A stretch of DNA of 64,000 nt, from NCBI GenBank assembly GCA_021823405.1, contig JAKAOA010000001.1, positions 43,628-107,627 on the forward strand. The letters are read 5' to 3'. Positions 48,808 through 59,105 of the stretch are shown piece after piece. Made by a program: the position numbers and the translations under genes. The notes under the pieces were generated by a model that was not told the origin of the DNA, ran no database searches, and saw only the letters and a list, made by a program, of their open reading frames with translations. The stretch's first letter is position 1. The number at the start of each line of letters is the position of its first letter. The stretch is from Bacteroidota bacterium (GTDB lineage: Bacteria; Bacteroidota; Bacteroidia; JABEUT01).

Positions 48808-49479
48808 TTGGTGATGGAAAATGATTTAGGCGAAGGAGCGGTTATGCTCATTAATAAGCCGCTTGGTTGGACTTCATTTGATGCAGTGGCTAAAATCCGC
48901 AGTTCGTTGTTCAGAAAATATGGAAAACGGCTGAAGGTAGGACATGCAGGAACACTCGATCCTCTGGCCACGGGTTTGCTAATAATCTGCACCGGCGCTT
49001 ATACCAAAAAGATAAGTGAATTTCAGGACATGGAGAAGGAGTACGAAGCCGTACTGAAATTTGGTGCAACGCGCCCATCGTTCGATAAGGAGACTGAAAT
49101 AGATGCAACCTTTCCCTATTCCCATATTACGGCAGAAATGCTGGATAGAGCAGCCAGACAATTCACTGGGGAAATAGAACAAATACCGCCTGTTTATTCA
49201 GCCATTAAGATAGACGGTAAAAGGGCTTATGAAAGTGCGCGGCAAGGCAAGGAGATTGAGATGCAGAAACGCAAGATAACGATTAATTTGTTCGAAATAA
49301 CCCGCGTTGAATTACCCGATGTACATATAAGAGTAATTTGCAGTAAAGGAACTTACATACGCTCATTGGCTCGCGATTTTGGCGCTGCGCTTAATTCGGG
49401 CGCCTATCTGGAGTCGCTTAAACGCACCCGAATTGGCAGTTATAATCTGAAAGATGCTTTAAATGTTGAGAGTATCTGA
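48808..49479 (+). CDS. truB: tRNA pseudouridine(55) synthase
   Basis: LINKPLGWTSFD and catalytic GHAGTLDPLATGLL motif. 223 aa. Confidence 0.9.
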   Translation: MVMENDLGEGAVMLINKPLGWTSFDAVAKIRSSLFRKYGKRLKVGHAGTLDPLATGLLIICTGAYTKKISEFQDMEKEYEAVLKFGATRPSFDKETEIDATFPYSHITAEMLDRAARQFTGEIEQIPPVYSAIKIDGKRAYESARQGKEIEMQKRKITINLFEITRVELPDVHIRVICSKGTYIRSLARDFGAALNSGAYLESLKRTRIGSYNLKDALNVESI

Positions 49480-49498
49480 TAACCGCTCCCTTACGCTC

Positions 49499-50272
49499 TT
49501 ATTTTTTCCCAGCATCTCCCAGCTCTCTTTCCCTAATCTCCTTTAGGAATTTCGATACATAGATGAATTCTTGCAATTCTTTATTATCCGTCCCCAAAAT
49601 GCTTTCTTTGGCGCCTTCCCACCATTTCCGCGAATTGTAAAGGTAGAGTACCTTATCGCCTATTTCCATCACTGAATTCATGTCGTGAGTTATAACGACC
49701 GTTGTCATGTTGTATTCTATGGTTATGTCATGAATCAACTTATCTATTACGTTTGCTGTTTTAGGGTCCAGTCCTGAATTGGGCTCATCGCAAAAGAGGT
49801 ACCGGGGATTTGTGGCTATGGCGCGGGCTATGGCAACGCGCTTTTTCATGCCTCCGCTAATTTCGGAGGGATAGAGATGATTCACATTTTTAAGGTTAAC
49901 TCTCGAGAGGCAAAAATTAGCCCGTTCAATTTTTTCCTCTTCTCCCATATCAGTAAACATGGATAACGGAAAGACCACATTTTCCTCCACCGTTTTGGAA
50001 TCAAATAAGGCGCCGCCCTGAAACAGCATCCCCATCTCTTTGCGAATGTTTTGTTTCTCTCTGCCGTTCATCTTAATAAAGTCCCTGCCGTTGTATAACA
50101 CCTGCCCGGAATCCACTTCGGTTAACCCTACTATGCATTTAAGCAGAACCGTTTTACCCGAGCCGCTCTCGCCTATAATGAGGTTTGCCCTGCCTTGCTC
50201 GAATCTGCAGGAGAAATCACTGATGATGGTTCGTTTGCCGAACGACTTATTTACATTAATAAGTTCTATCAT
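49499..50272 (-). CDS. mlaF: ABC transporter ATP-binding protein, MlaF-like
   Basis: Walker A GESGSGKT, signature ISGGMKKRV, Walker B LFCDEPNSGLD. Followed by an MlaE-like permease. Confidence 0.8.
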   Translation of the reverse strand: MIELINVNKSFGKRTIISDFSCRFEQGRANLIIGESGSGKTVLLKCIVGLTEVDSGQVLYNGRDFIKMNGREKQNIRKEMGMLFQGGALFDSKTVEENVVFPLSMFTDMGEEEKIERANFCLSRVNLKNVNHLYPSEISGGMKKRVAIARAIATNPRYLFCDEPNSGLDPKTANVIDKLIHDITIEYNMTTVVITHDMNSVMEIGDKVLYLYNSRKWWEGAKESILGTDNKELQEFIYVSKFLKEIRERELGDAGKK

Positions 50273-50321
50273 TAGTTAGGATTAAATGCGCTTTTTTGTT
50301 GGTTATTTATTTCAGTTTTTT

Positions 50322-51065
50322 TCAGGCGAGAAGGAGTTGGGTAAGGATAAAATTGAACAATAGTATCAATATATCGCAATACACCACCGCTTTGGTACTC
50401 GATTTACCCACTTCCAATGCTCCACCGTTAGTATAATAGCCATGATATGCCGAAACTGAAGCGATGATAAACGCGAATACTATCGTTTTTATCAGTGCGT
50501 AAGTTACATTATAGGGACGGAACTCGAATTGTAACCCATATACATATTGGTAGGATGTAATTACGTGAGCGAACATGCCTAACACCCAGCCGCCGAAAAC
50601 TCCCAGAAACATGCTAATTATAATCAGAAAAGGGTTAATTATGACGCAGGCGATGATTTTGGGCAGAACAAGATAAGCGCTGCTGTTAATGCCCATTATT
50701 TCGAGTGCATCAATCTGTTCAGTAACGCGCATGGTTCCAATCTCCGATGCGATGTTCGACCCTACCTTACCCGCAAGTATCAAACTTACGATAGTGGGCG
50801 AGAACTCAAGTATAATCGAATCGCGCGTGGTTACCCCTACGGCATAAAGAGGCACCCAAGGACTGGTGAAACCAAACGCTGCCTGTATGGTGATAACAGC
50901 CCCCATAAATAAAGATATGATGGCTATTATAGGCAGCGAATTGATTCCCAAGGTCTCTATCGCATGGAACAATTCTATACGGTACATTCGCATTTTTTCG
51001 GGCTTCGCAAATACGTGCCGCATCATTATAAAGTACCTGCCTATATGCGAAAACAAGGTTGTCAT
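50322..51065 (-). CDS. mlaE: ABC transporter permease, MlaE-like
   Basis: 247 aa, 5-6 TM helices, MlaE conserved DALE..GI region. Confidence 0.8.
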   Translation of the reverse strand: MTTLFSHIGRYFIMMRHVFAKPEKMRMYRIELFHAIETLGINSLPIIAIISLFMGAVITIQAAFGFTSPWVPLYAVGVTTRDSIILEFSPTIVSLILAGKVGSNIASEIGTMRVTEQIDALEIMGINSSAYLVLPKIIACVIINPFLIIISMFLGVFGGWVLGMFAHVITSYQYVYGLQFEFRPYNVTYALIKTIVFAFIIASVSAYHGYYTNGGALEVGKSSTKAVVYCDILILLFNFILTQLLLA

Positions 51066-51898
51066 TGCTTGCTTGATTTAAACAGTATATCCTTTTCTTC
51101 CCGGCTAAGGCTTTCATAGCCCGACCTTGAAATTTTATCCAATATTTCATCAATCTTCTTCTGCGTATCGTTCACCGGCTTTTTAAATCCCATCACCTTT
51201 GCTTTCCCGGGCTTTGCTTTTTTCCCCGAAAATATGTTTCCAATCTTGTGAAAGAATGAACTTAAAATATTGGCAAAATCGTTTCCTTTACGACTTTGCC
51301 AGATATAAAACCAACCATATATTGCGCCGCCTATGTGAGATACCTTGCCTCCGCTGTTCGACCTGAAATCTACAATGGAAAAAAGTAAAAATGCTCCCAG
51401 CACAAGCCATTTTAATTTTACCTCGCCTATCAAAAATAAGAATATTGGATAATCGGGCAGTAATACCGCTATGGCAACCATTACCGCCATTATACCGGCA
51501 GAAGCGCCCATGAGCAGCGACGGGTACGAACCTGTAATATAAGATACCAGCAGGTATAAAATCCCTCCGGCCAGCCCGCCTATTATATATGTATATAAAA
51601 ACTTCCTTTCGCCCAGATATTCAATGAAGAGCTTTCCCATCCAATAGAGCCAAAGCATGTTGAATAAAATGTGCATGACGCCTGTATGCAGGAACATATA
51701 GGTGAACAGTGTCCATGGGTGGAACAATACATAGCGCGGCGATGAGGAGAGCCCGATATAGCTAAGTAATACGGCAGATGATGAAAAATTGACATAGAGG
51801 TTGGCAGCAAGGAACACAGCAATATTGATAACAATAATGCGGGTAATAACAGCGTCGCTGCCGCCCATTAACTTATTCATCTCTGTACGGATGCTCAT
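51062..51898 (-). CDS. Rhomboid family intramembrane serine protease
   Basis: FLH...H...NM motif, GASAGI catalytic Ser motif, and a downstream His-containing helix. Confidence 0.7.
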   Translation of the reverse strand: MSIRTEMNKLMGGSDAVITRIIVINIAVFLAANLYVNFSSSAVLLSYIGLSSSPRYVLFHPWTLFTYMFLHTGVMHILFNMLWLYWMGKLFIEYLGERKFLYTYIIGGLAGGILYLLVSYITGSYPSLLMGASAGIMAVMVAIAVLLPDYPIFLFLIGEVKLKWLVLGAFLLFSIVDFRSNSGGKVSHIGGAIYGWFYIWQSRKGNDFANILSSFFHKIGNIFSGKKAKPGKAKVMGFKKPVNDTQKKIDEILDKISRSGYESLSREEKDILFKSSKQ

Positions 51899-51910
51899 TT
51901 TCTGTTTAGT

Positions 51911-52690
51911 TCATAAAGTTTTTTTCTGTTTCCAGTAAAGGATAAGAAAAAAACCGAATACCATGCCCCCGAGATGGGCAAAATGCGCTATATTGTCTGA
52001 TGGATTGGCTGAAATTGCCGAGTAAAGTTCTATTAGCCCGTATATTATTACAAAATATTTTGCCTTGATAGGGATGGCGAAGTAAACATAAAGCAAAGTA
52101 TTCGGAAACAGCATACCGAAGGCAAGCAGCACGCCGAAGATGGCGCCTGAAGCGCCAATGGTAACTGACATATCCATTTTTAACTGGTAGAGTTTCTGTA
52201 ATATCATAACCGCCTCGCTGGTTGATGCGGGTTGAGGATACCTGAAGCCCGTAAAATACTTATCAGCCAGCATGGAGAAATCGTTCAGGTTAGGCGAGGC
52301 ATCATAAATGCTCAATGCATTTTCTATGCCATGGAAGTAGATGTATTGGGTTATCTCCTGGGTAAATGCGGCGCCTATGCCACATATAAGATAAAAGAGC
52401 AAAAATCGCTTTGAACCCCAGTAGTTCTCCAGCATATTACCGAACATCCACAGAGCGAACATGTTGAAAAAAATATGCAAGAAACCGCCGTGCATGAACA
52501 TATATGTTATAATCTGGTACGGCTTGAAATCGGCTGACATAAAATAGTGCAAGCCCAGCAGGTTGGTAAGGTCGTACCGGTAAGTATTCTGTATTACAAG
52601 CGTGGCAATGAAGAACAGAACATTTGCAATAAGAAGGTTCTTAACAACAGGCGGAAACAAGGCAAAGCGGGGAGGACGGTAGTCGTTCAT
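51911..52690 (-). CDS. Rhomboid family intramembrane serine protease (second, tandem)
   Basis: FMHGGFLHIFFNM and GASGAIFGV catalytic motif, plus HLGG. Confidence 0.75.
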   Translation of the reverse strand: MNDYRPPRFALFPPVVKNLLIANVLFFIATLVIQNTYRYDLTNLLGLHYFMSADFKPYQIITYMFMHGGFLHIFFNMFALWMFGNMLENYWGSKRFLLFYLICGIGAAFTQEITQYIYFHGIENALSIYDASPNLNDFSMLADKYFTGFRYPQPASTSEAVMILQKLYQLKMDMSVTIGASGAIFGVLLAFGMLFPNTLLYVYFAIPIKAKYFVIIYGLIELYSAISANPSDNIAHFAHLGGMVFGFFLILYWKQKKTL

Positions 52691-52695
52691 GTCTG

Positions 52696-54540
52696 CTATT
52701 TCTTTAATAATTTCTCGGCATCATCAGGCGTTATTTCAGCTAATATTTTTTTCCCGTCTGGTGATACAGTCGGGTTGGAACAGTTGAATAATCTGGACAT
52801 TAATTCAAGACGTTCTTCCTCTTTTAATATTCTATAATATCCGGCGGCCATTTTTCGGGAGTAACTTCTGGCAAGAATACCGGCGCCCGGCGTTTTTATA
52901 TCGTTTTGCTTGCCGATCCTGCTGTCTTCCAGAACTTCCTCAAGTAACCCTTGTACGAGTGTGGAGTCGGCGCCGGGCGGAACGCCGTAAATTATGCACG
53001 TCTGTTTACCGAACTCGCTAATGTCGAACCCCATGTAGCGCAGGTCGGGGAGAAGTTCGACCAGCAGAAGAAAATCTGCCGCCGGGAACTGCAACGTCTG
53101 CGGGAACAACTCCTTTTGAACAGGAGAAGGGCGCTTTTTCTCAATGGACTCCATCGCCTCATCATAGAATATCCTCTCCCATGCCGCTTTCTGGTCAATC
53201 AATATAAGTTTGTCATAGCGCAGAGCGACTACAAATTGTTCGTTCCAATTGGCAGTCCACTCAAAATCTGTTGCCGGAGACACTTTGTTTTTAGGGTGAG
53301 ATGCCACGGCGTTAAACGTTGCTGTATGTCCTCTAAATTGTTCATCTAACGCCGACAGAACTTCTTGTGTAGCTTCAATGCTTTTCGCCGACGGCTTTCC
53401 GCCCGTTATCCGGTGAGGTATGCCTGGTTCTTCAAGAAACGGATTATAATCAGGATTTACCTTTATCATCGGAGGCCGTATAAGCGTATCCGGCTTAACG
53501 GGATTAATTACTATGGAGGTCTCCTGTTCAAAGTCCATTGCCGGCGCCATGTTATATTGTCCAAGCGATTTTTTTACCGCCGCTTTAACAATCGCGTAAA
53601 TGGCAGATTCATCTTCAAATTTTATCTCCGTTTTGGTGGGATGTATATTAACATCTATTTTATCGGGCGGTGTTTCAAGAAAGATGAACCATGACGGATA
53701 GACGTCTTTAGTTACTAATCCTTCGTACGCCGAAGTAACCGCATGATTCAGGTAATTGCTTTTTATAAAGCGGCGGTTAACAAAAAAGTATTGTTCGCCT
53801 TTCACCCTGCGTGCGTATTCAGGTTTGCCTATAAACCCCGATACCTTCAGGATGTTTGTATCTTCCGACACGGGTGCAATCCGTTCATTATACGAATTAT
53901 TGAACAAGCCCATTATCCTCTGTTTCAGGTTACTGGCAGGTAGGTGAAATATTTCCTTATTCTGATTATAAAAGTAGAATTCTGTTTCGGGGTGCGCCAG
54001 CGCCGCTCTCTGGAATTCGTCAATTATATGACGCAGTTCTGCAGCATCCGATTTCAGGAAATGTTTTCGGGCGGGAACGTTAAAGAAAAGATTTTTAACT
54101 GTAAAAGAACTGCCTTGTTGCCACTGGCAAGGTTCCTGTTTTATTATCCTGCCGTCTTCCAGTTCTATCAGCGTTCCCGTTTCACCATCAGATTGCCTCG
54201 TTTTCAGTTCAACGAGAGCTATGGCGGCTATCGAGGCGAGCGCTTCGCCGCGGAACCCCTTTGTATGTATTGAAAAAATGTCTTCTACGCTGGAAATCTT
54301 AGAGGTTGCATGCTTTTCAAAGCAGAGCCGGGCATCCGTCTCATTCATCCCGTAGCCGTTGTCTATCACCTGTATCAGGGTCTTCCCTGAATCCTTTACA
54401 AGAAGTTCTATTCTGGAACTGCCGGCGTCAATGGCATTCTCCAAGAGCTCCTTAACCGCCGAAGCGGGGCGCTGAATCACCTCTCCCGCAGCAATCTTGT
54501 TAATCACCTGGTCCGGCAATAACTTTATTACATCTGCCAT
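52696..54540 (-). CDS. mutL: DNA mismatch repair protein MutL
   Basis: GHKL ATPase N-terminus (IAAGEVIQRPASAVKELLENAIDAG, GFRGEAL) and a C-terminal dimerisation domain. 614 aa. Confidence 0.9.
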   Translation of the reverse strand: MADVIKLLPDQVINKIAAGEVIQRPASAVKELLENAIDAGSSRIELLVKDSGKTLIQVIDNGYGMNETDARLCFEKHATSKISSVEDIFSIHTKGFRGEALASIAAIALVELKTRQSDGETGTLIELEDGRIIKQEPCQWQQGSSFTVKNLFFNVPARKHFLKSDAAELRHIIDEFQRAALAHPETEFYFYNQNKEIFHLPASNLKQRIMGLFNNSYNERIAPVSEDTNILKVSGFIGKPEYARRVKGEQYFFVNRRFIKSNYLNHAVTSAYEGLVTKDVYPSWFIFLETPPDKIDVNIHPTKTEIKFEDESAIYAIVKAAVKKSLGQYNMAPAMDFEQETSIVINPVKPDTLIRPPMIKVNPDYNPFLEEPGIPHRITGGKPSAKSIEATQEVLSALDEQFRGHTATFNAVASHPKNKVSPATDFEWTANWNEQFVVALRYDKLILIDQKAAWERIFYDEAMESIEKKRPSPVQKELFPQTLQFPAADFLLLVELLPDLRYMGFDISEFGKQTCIIYGVPPGADSTLVQGLLEEVLEDSRIGKQNDIKTPGAGILARSYSRKMAAGYYRILKEEERLELMSRLFNCSNPTVSPDGKKILAEITPDDAEKLLKK

Positions 54541-54712
54541 AATGAACGGAATATTGCCTGTAAAGTTAATAAGATTTAGGGTGATGGTAATTGATTATTA
54601 TTTGTTCCCGCAACTAAAAAGGAAAACAATGTACTTCTGAATAAAAAACAGTGAACATTGATTAAAGTATAATGTATATTTGGGTTCTTTATTAATCACG
54701 TTTAAATATAAT

Positions 54713-56221
54713 ATGGAATTAAGCGAACAGGAACAGATAAGGCGTGGCAAGCTGCAGGACCTGCGCAAAGCAGGAATCGACCCCTACCCGCCCGAACTCT
54801 TTAATGTGAATGCCACCACATCGGATATACTTGCTAATTATGAGCGCGATAAGCTGAATTATAAAAACATTAGCATAGCCGGACGGATTATGGTATTCCG
54901 TATAATGGGCAATGCGGCATTCGCCGAGATACAGGACTCCCACGGCAGGATACAGATTTATGTGAAACGTGATGAAATTTGCCCCGGAGAGGATAAAACG
55001 CTCTACAATACGGTCTTCAAAAAGCTGCTCGATATTGGCGATATCATCGGGGTACAAGGTTTTGTATTCACCACCAATACCGGCACCATTTCCATTCATG
55101 TAACATCTTTCAAACTGCTTAATAAAGCGCTACGTCCGCTGCCTGTAGTTACCGTAGATGCTGAAGGGAAAACGCACGACGAGGTATCGGACCCGGAGAT
55201 GCGTTACCGGCAGCGCTATGTTGACCTGATTGTGAACCCCGAAGTACGCAAGGTGTTCACCCAACGAACAGCGCTCATCAATTCAATGCGCAATTTCTTC
55301 AACGAAAGAGGATATCTGGAAGTTGAAACGCCCATACTGCAGAACATCCCCGGCGGCGCCACAGCCCGTCCATTCATAACCCATCACAATGCCCTCGATA
55401 TACCGCTCTACCTGCGAATTGCCAACGAACTTTACCTTAAACGGCTTATAGTGGGCGGCTTTGATGCTGTGTATGAGTTCGCCAAAGATTTCAGAAATGA
55501 GGGAATGGACCGTACTCACAACCCCGAATTTACGCAGATGGAGATTTATGTGGCATACAAGGATTACGAGTGGATGATGAATATGACCGAAGAGATGCTC
55601 GAAAAAATCGCCCTTGACTTGCATGATTCAACTACAGTACAATTTGGAGAAAAGAACATTGACTTCCGCCGCCCTTTCAAAAGGGTATGTCTTTACGACT
55701 CTATTAAGGAAATGACCGGCTTCGATGTTTCTTCAATGAATGAAAAGGAATTGGCTGAAGTATGCCGCGCACTAAAAATAGAAACCACCCCATCTATGGG
55801 CAAGGGAAAGCTGATTGATGAAATATTCTCGGCACGGTGCGAACCGGAATACATCCAGCCCACCTTCATTACTGACTATCCTATAGAGATGTCGCCGTTG
55901 TGCAAAAAACACCGTTCCAAGCGGGGCTTGGTGGAGCGTTTCGAACTTATGATAAACGGCAAAGAGATATGCAACGCTTACAGCGAGCTTAATGACCCCA
56001 TCGACCAGCGCGAACGCTTCGAAGAACAGATGAAGCTGGCTGCACGGGGCGACGAAGAGGCAATGACTATCGATAATGACTTTCTGCGCGCTCTTGAATA
56101 TGGAATGCCGCCAACATCAGGCATGGGTATGGGAATTGACCGGCTTACGATGCTGATGACAAACTCACCCTCTATACAGGATGTGCTCTTCTTCCCACAG
56201 ATGAGGCCGGAAAGGTTCTAA
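54713..56221 (+). CDS. lysS: Lysine--tRNA ligase (class II)
   Basis: Start placed at MELSEQEQIRRGKL. OB anticodon-binding domain. Class II motifs (…FRNEG…, GGFDAVYE, GMGIDRL). Confidence 0.9.
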   Translation: MELSEQEQIRRGKLQDLRKAGIDPYPPELFNVNATTSDILANYERDKLNYKNISIAGRIMVFRIMGNAAFAEIQDSHGRIQIYVKRDEICPGEDKTLYNTVFKKLLDIGDIIGVQGFVFTTNTGTISIHVTSFKLLNKALRPLPVVTVDAEGKTHDEVSDPEMRYRQRYVDLIVNPEVRKVFTQRTALINSMRNFFNERGYLEVETPILQNIPGGATARPFITHHNALDIPLYLRIANELYLKRLIVGGFDAVYEFAKDFRNEGMDRTHNPEFTQMEIYVAYKDYEWMMNMTEEMLEKIALDLHDSTTVQFGEKNIDFRRPFKRVCLYDSIKEMTGFDVSSMNEKELAEVCRALKIETTPSMGKGKLIDEIFSARCEPEYIQPTFITDYPIEMSPLCKKHRSKRGLVERFELMINGKEICNAYSELNDPIDQRERFEEQMKLAARGDEEAMTIDNDFLRALEYGMPPTSGMGMGIDRLTMLMTNSPSIQDVLFFPQMRPERF

Positions 56222-56273
56222 CCCTTACAGATATTCTGGTATTATCCTGTTTAACCTGCAGAAATAAGAAGGA

Positions 56274-58934
56274 TTACTTCAACTTCTCCTCGAAAAATGA
56301 TATGTATCCGTCTGCTTTGCCGTGCTGCAGCATGAGCCGGAAATTGGTATCGGAGATGTAAAAAGTACGGCATGCTCCGGGACCTAAGGATTTGAATAGC
56401 GCATTATCGCCGCTAACGAAATTATAATAATCCTTCATCCTTACCAGATTAGGAAAGCTACCCACCTTCACCATTTGGTAATTGTTGTCTATCATCATAC
56501 TTTCCACCTTAAGGCGGCTTTCGCTATAGTTTTTGCTGTTGAGGTCGGACAGGGCGATACGCAATTCATTTATTTTAGATGCCTCTTTATTGTCTATTAC
56601 CGCTATAAAATAGTAGATGGTGTCCGGCGCGGTGGAATATTTAACTGACGTATCGGGAGCTGGCTTAGGCGGCACGGGTTTCTTGTTAAGCAAGGCGAGA
56701 GTAGCTTGGGCAAGAAATTTTACAGAATCTTTTGGATATAAAATTATTACCTTGGTAAGGGCTTTTTTATAGGCATCAAGCCCTTCGCTATAGCCAATAC
56801 CGGCTGCTTCGAGATATGCAAATTTGGGAGCATAATTGCTTTTCGAATAAAGGGTATCGGCTTTTCGGCAGTCGGCAAGAAGGTTTGCGTAATTCCCATC
56901 CTGATAATTCTGAAGCGCCGATGAGTAAAGCTCTTGCATTACCGCTTCGCTTGCCTGCTGATTTTGCCTGTATTTCTCCGGATTGGCGATAAGCTGGGCG
57001 TATTCGGTATTGGGGTATTGCGTGAGCAAAATATTCTTATAGTAATTCATCCTATCGGTATTCCCCAGTTTCTCATAGGTGCGGTAAAGAGAATAATAGG
57101 TGATCAGCTTATATTTATTGTCCGGATAAGCGCGCAACAGGTCTTCAAATTCAGTTGCCGCCCTGCCGTAATTTCTCAAATATTCCTTATAAATGGAGCC
57201 GGCATTATAATATGCCTCTATAACGCTGTCATTAAGAGCTTGCTTTTGTGCTTCGGTTTTGGGTACGTTTTTCAAATAATAGGCGCGGCTTTGCTGGTCG
57301 TTCAGTGAATCTTTCTTCTTCTCCGCAAGCATTTTCCCGTTTGCCGCCCCGTTTTTTGACTGGGTTTCATTCGTCGAGGCATTTTGTTGCGACGATACAA
57401 CCTTCTTACTCCTCCGCCAGTCGTCCTCGAGCGGCCGGTTGCCCCATTTCTGTAGAAATTCAGTAAGTCCCAGTTGAATCTGTCCGGGATTATAGAAGTA
57501 CCAGTTGCTGTTCGAACCGGCCATTACGGCGTTGTTGTTTGCCGGATTGCTGCTTTGGTTCATCTCTGCTTCTTCCTGCTCTTTCTCCTTCTGCTTCATT
57601 GCCAGCTTTTCCGCCTTTTCGCGCGCTATTATTTCATCGGCTATCCGCTCAAGTTCCGCGTTGCTCAATTTGCTCAATCTTAATAAACTGTCGTCAAGGG
57701 CTATCATGTCAAGGCATTTTACCAGCCGGTTCAGGTTATCTCTCTTGGACACTATGGAGTCGCGCCCTTTAAAGGTCTTTGGAAGGGTGCGTAAGGTACT
57801 GTCGTAATATTTTTTCGATTTTGGATAATCCGTATCTATAAAGTTGATATCGGCGAGCGACAGATAGGAGATGGCTTTCTGTGTGGTATTGGTAGTGCTG
57901 GTGCGAATCGACTTATTGAAGTACTGTATCGCCTTAGTGGTATCTGTTTCCTTTTCAGCAATTTGCGCCAGAGCATAATATATCTGGTCGCGGTTATCAA
58001 TGTTGATGGTGGGTTTCAGCATTTTTACCAGTTCGTTCTTGATTTTCTCGTTTTCTTTTGGACTTCCAACATAGATGAGCGCTCTTGATATTTTGGCGGC
58101 GAACTCTAGCTCATAGGGAGGGTGCATTTTCAGCACGGTGGAATAGTAGTTGAACGCCTTCTGCTTATCACCGGAATTGGCGGCAAGCTGCGCCAGAATA
58201 TAGTAATAACGGCTTCTTACCGGTTTCTTATGTTCGGTTGTTGCGGCTTTCAGCAGCCATTTTTGCATTTCTTCATATTCACCCGTCAGCGAATAATAGT
58301 CGGCTATAGTAGCGCACACCTGCGGATAGGTTTTTTTGTCTATGTCTTTCGCGCTTTTTAACAGGTCTATCAATTCTTCAGCTTCGGAAACCTCCGCCAT
58401 TTTATCATAAGCCCTTGCCTCCCACATAAATGCCTGGTATTTGAATGTGGTCTTTCTATATTCTTTAGAAGCATAGTCGAGCGCCTCAAGGGCAGATATG
58501 TCTTCATTCTTATATATCCGGGCTTTAGCCAGCAGAATATAGCAGTATTTGATGTACTTTACCGCATCGGGTATTTCGCGTTTTTGTTTGGTTGTAATGG
58601 TATGGTTCTCTATCATTGCGGTTGCCTTCTTTATCGCCCTGTCCATTTCGGGGTAAATGGATTGCGCTTCCTTGCTTTCGGCATATACGAATACGGGCAG
58701 CAATTCGGAAAAATCGTCCTGATGACTTTGAATCAATTTCTGGTATCCTTCGTTGAATGCAAGGTTACCCCAGAAATACCCGTTGTAGTGGCAGGTAGTA
58801 TTATGATAAGTTCGCGTAACAAAGGTATTGTGTTCTGTACTGCAAGCGGCAAATAGCAGCGCAAGAAGCCAAAGCCGGATTGCAGCCGTTCCTAACCGGC
58901 GCAAGTCAGATATGAAACCTTGTGGACAATTCAT
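56274..58934 (-). CDS. Large tetratricopeptide-repeat protein (secreted/lipoprotein-like)
   Basis: 886 aa. N-terminal signal with Cys. Multiple TPR-like helical repeats. A central coiled-coil/acidic KEKEQEEAEM segment. Confidence 0.55.
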   Translation of the reverse strand: MNCPQGFISDLRRLGTAAIRLWLLALLFAACSTEHNTFVTRTYHNTTCHYNGYFWGNLAFNEGYQKLIQSHQDDFSELLPVFVYAESKEAQSIYPEMDRAIKKATAMIENHTITTKQKREIPDAVKYIKYCYILLAKARIYKNEDISALEALDYASKEYRKTTFKYQAFMWEARAYDKMAEVSEAEELIDLLKSAKDIDKKTYPQVCATIADYYSLTGEYEEMQKWLLKAATTEHKKPVRSRYYYILAQLAANSGDKQKAFNYYSTVLKMHPPYELEFAAKISRALIYVGSPKENEKIKNELVKMLKPTINIDNRDQIYYALAQIAEKETDTTKAIQYFNKSIRTSTTNTTQKAISYLSLADINFIDTDYPKSKKYYDSTLRTLPKTFKGRDSIVSKRDNLNRLVKCLDMIALDDSLLRLSKLSNAELERIADEIIAREKAEKLAMKQKEKEQEEAEMNQSSNPANNNAVMAGSNSNWYFYNPGQIQLGLTEFLQKWGNRPLEDDWRRSKKVVSSQQNASTNETQSKNGAANGKMLAEKKKDSLNDQQSRAYYLKNVPKTEAQKQALNDSVIEAYYNAGSIYKEYLRNYGRAATEFEDLLRAYPDNKYKLITYYSLYRTYEKLGNTDRMNYYKNILLTQYPNTEYAQLIANPEKYRQNQQASEAVMQELYSSALQNYQDGNYANLLADCRKADTLYSKSNYAPKFAYLEAAGIGYSEGLDAYKKALTKVIILYPKDSVKFLAQATLALLNKKPVPPKPAPDTSVKYSTAPDTIYYFIAVIDNKEASKINELRIALSDLNSKNYSESRLKVESMMIDNNYQMVKVGSFPNLVRMKDYYNFVSGDNALFKSLGPGACRTFYISDTNFRLMLQHGKADGYISFFEEKLK

Positions 58935-59105
58935 GGATTATCGTATGCGGCGCTAAATCTATTTTAGTAACGTGTTTCAGTGGGTTTTATTGTAACCGGA
59001 ATGCTGTAAGCCAATAGTAATAAGGATTTTAAGTAATAACGAAACTCGAATCCGCTTCAAGTATATACCTTTCGGCGTCTACCGAGAATATTTGATATTT
59101 AAAAT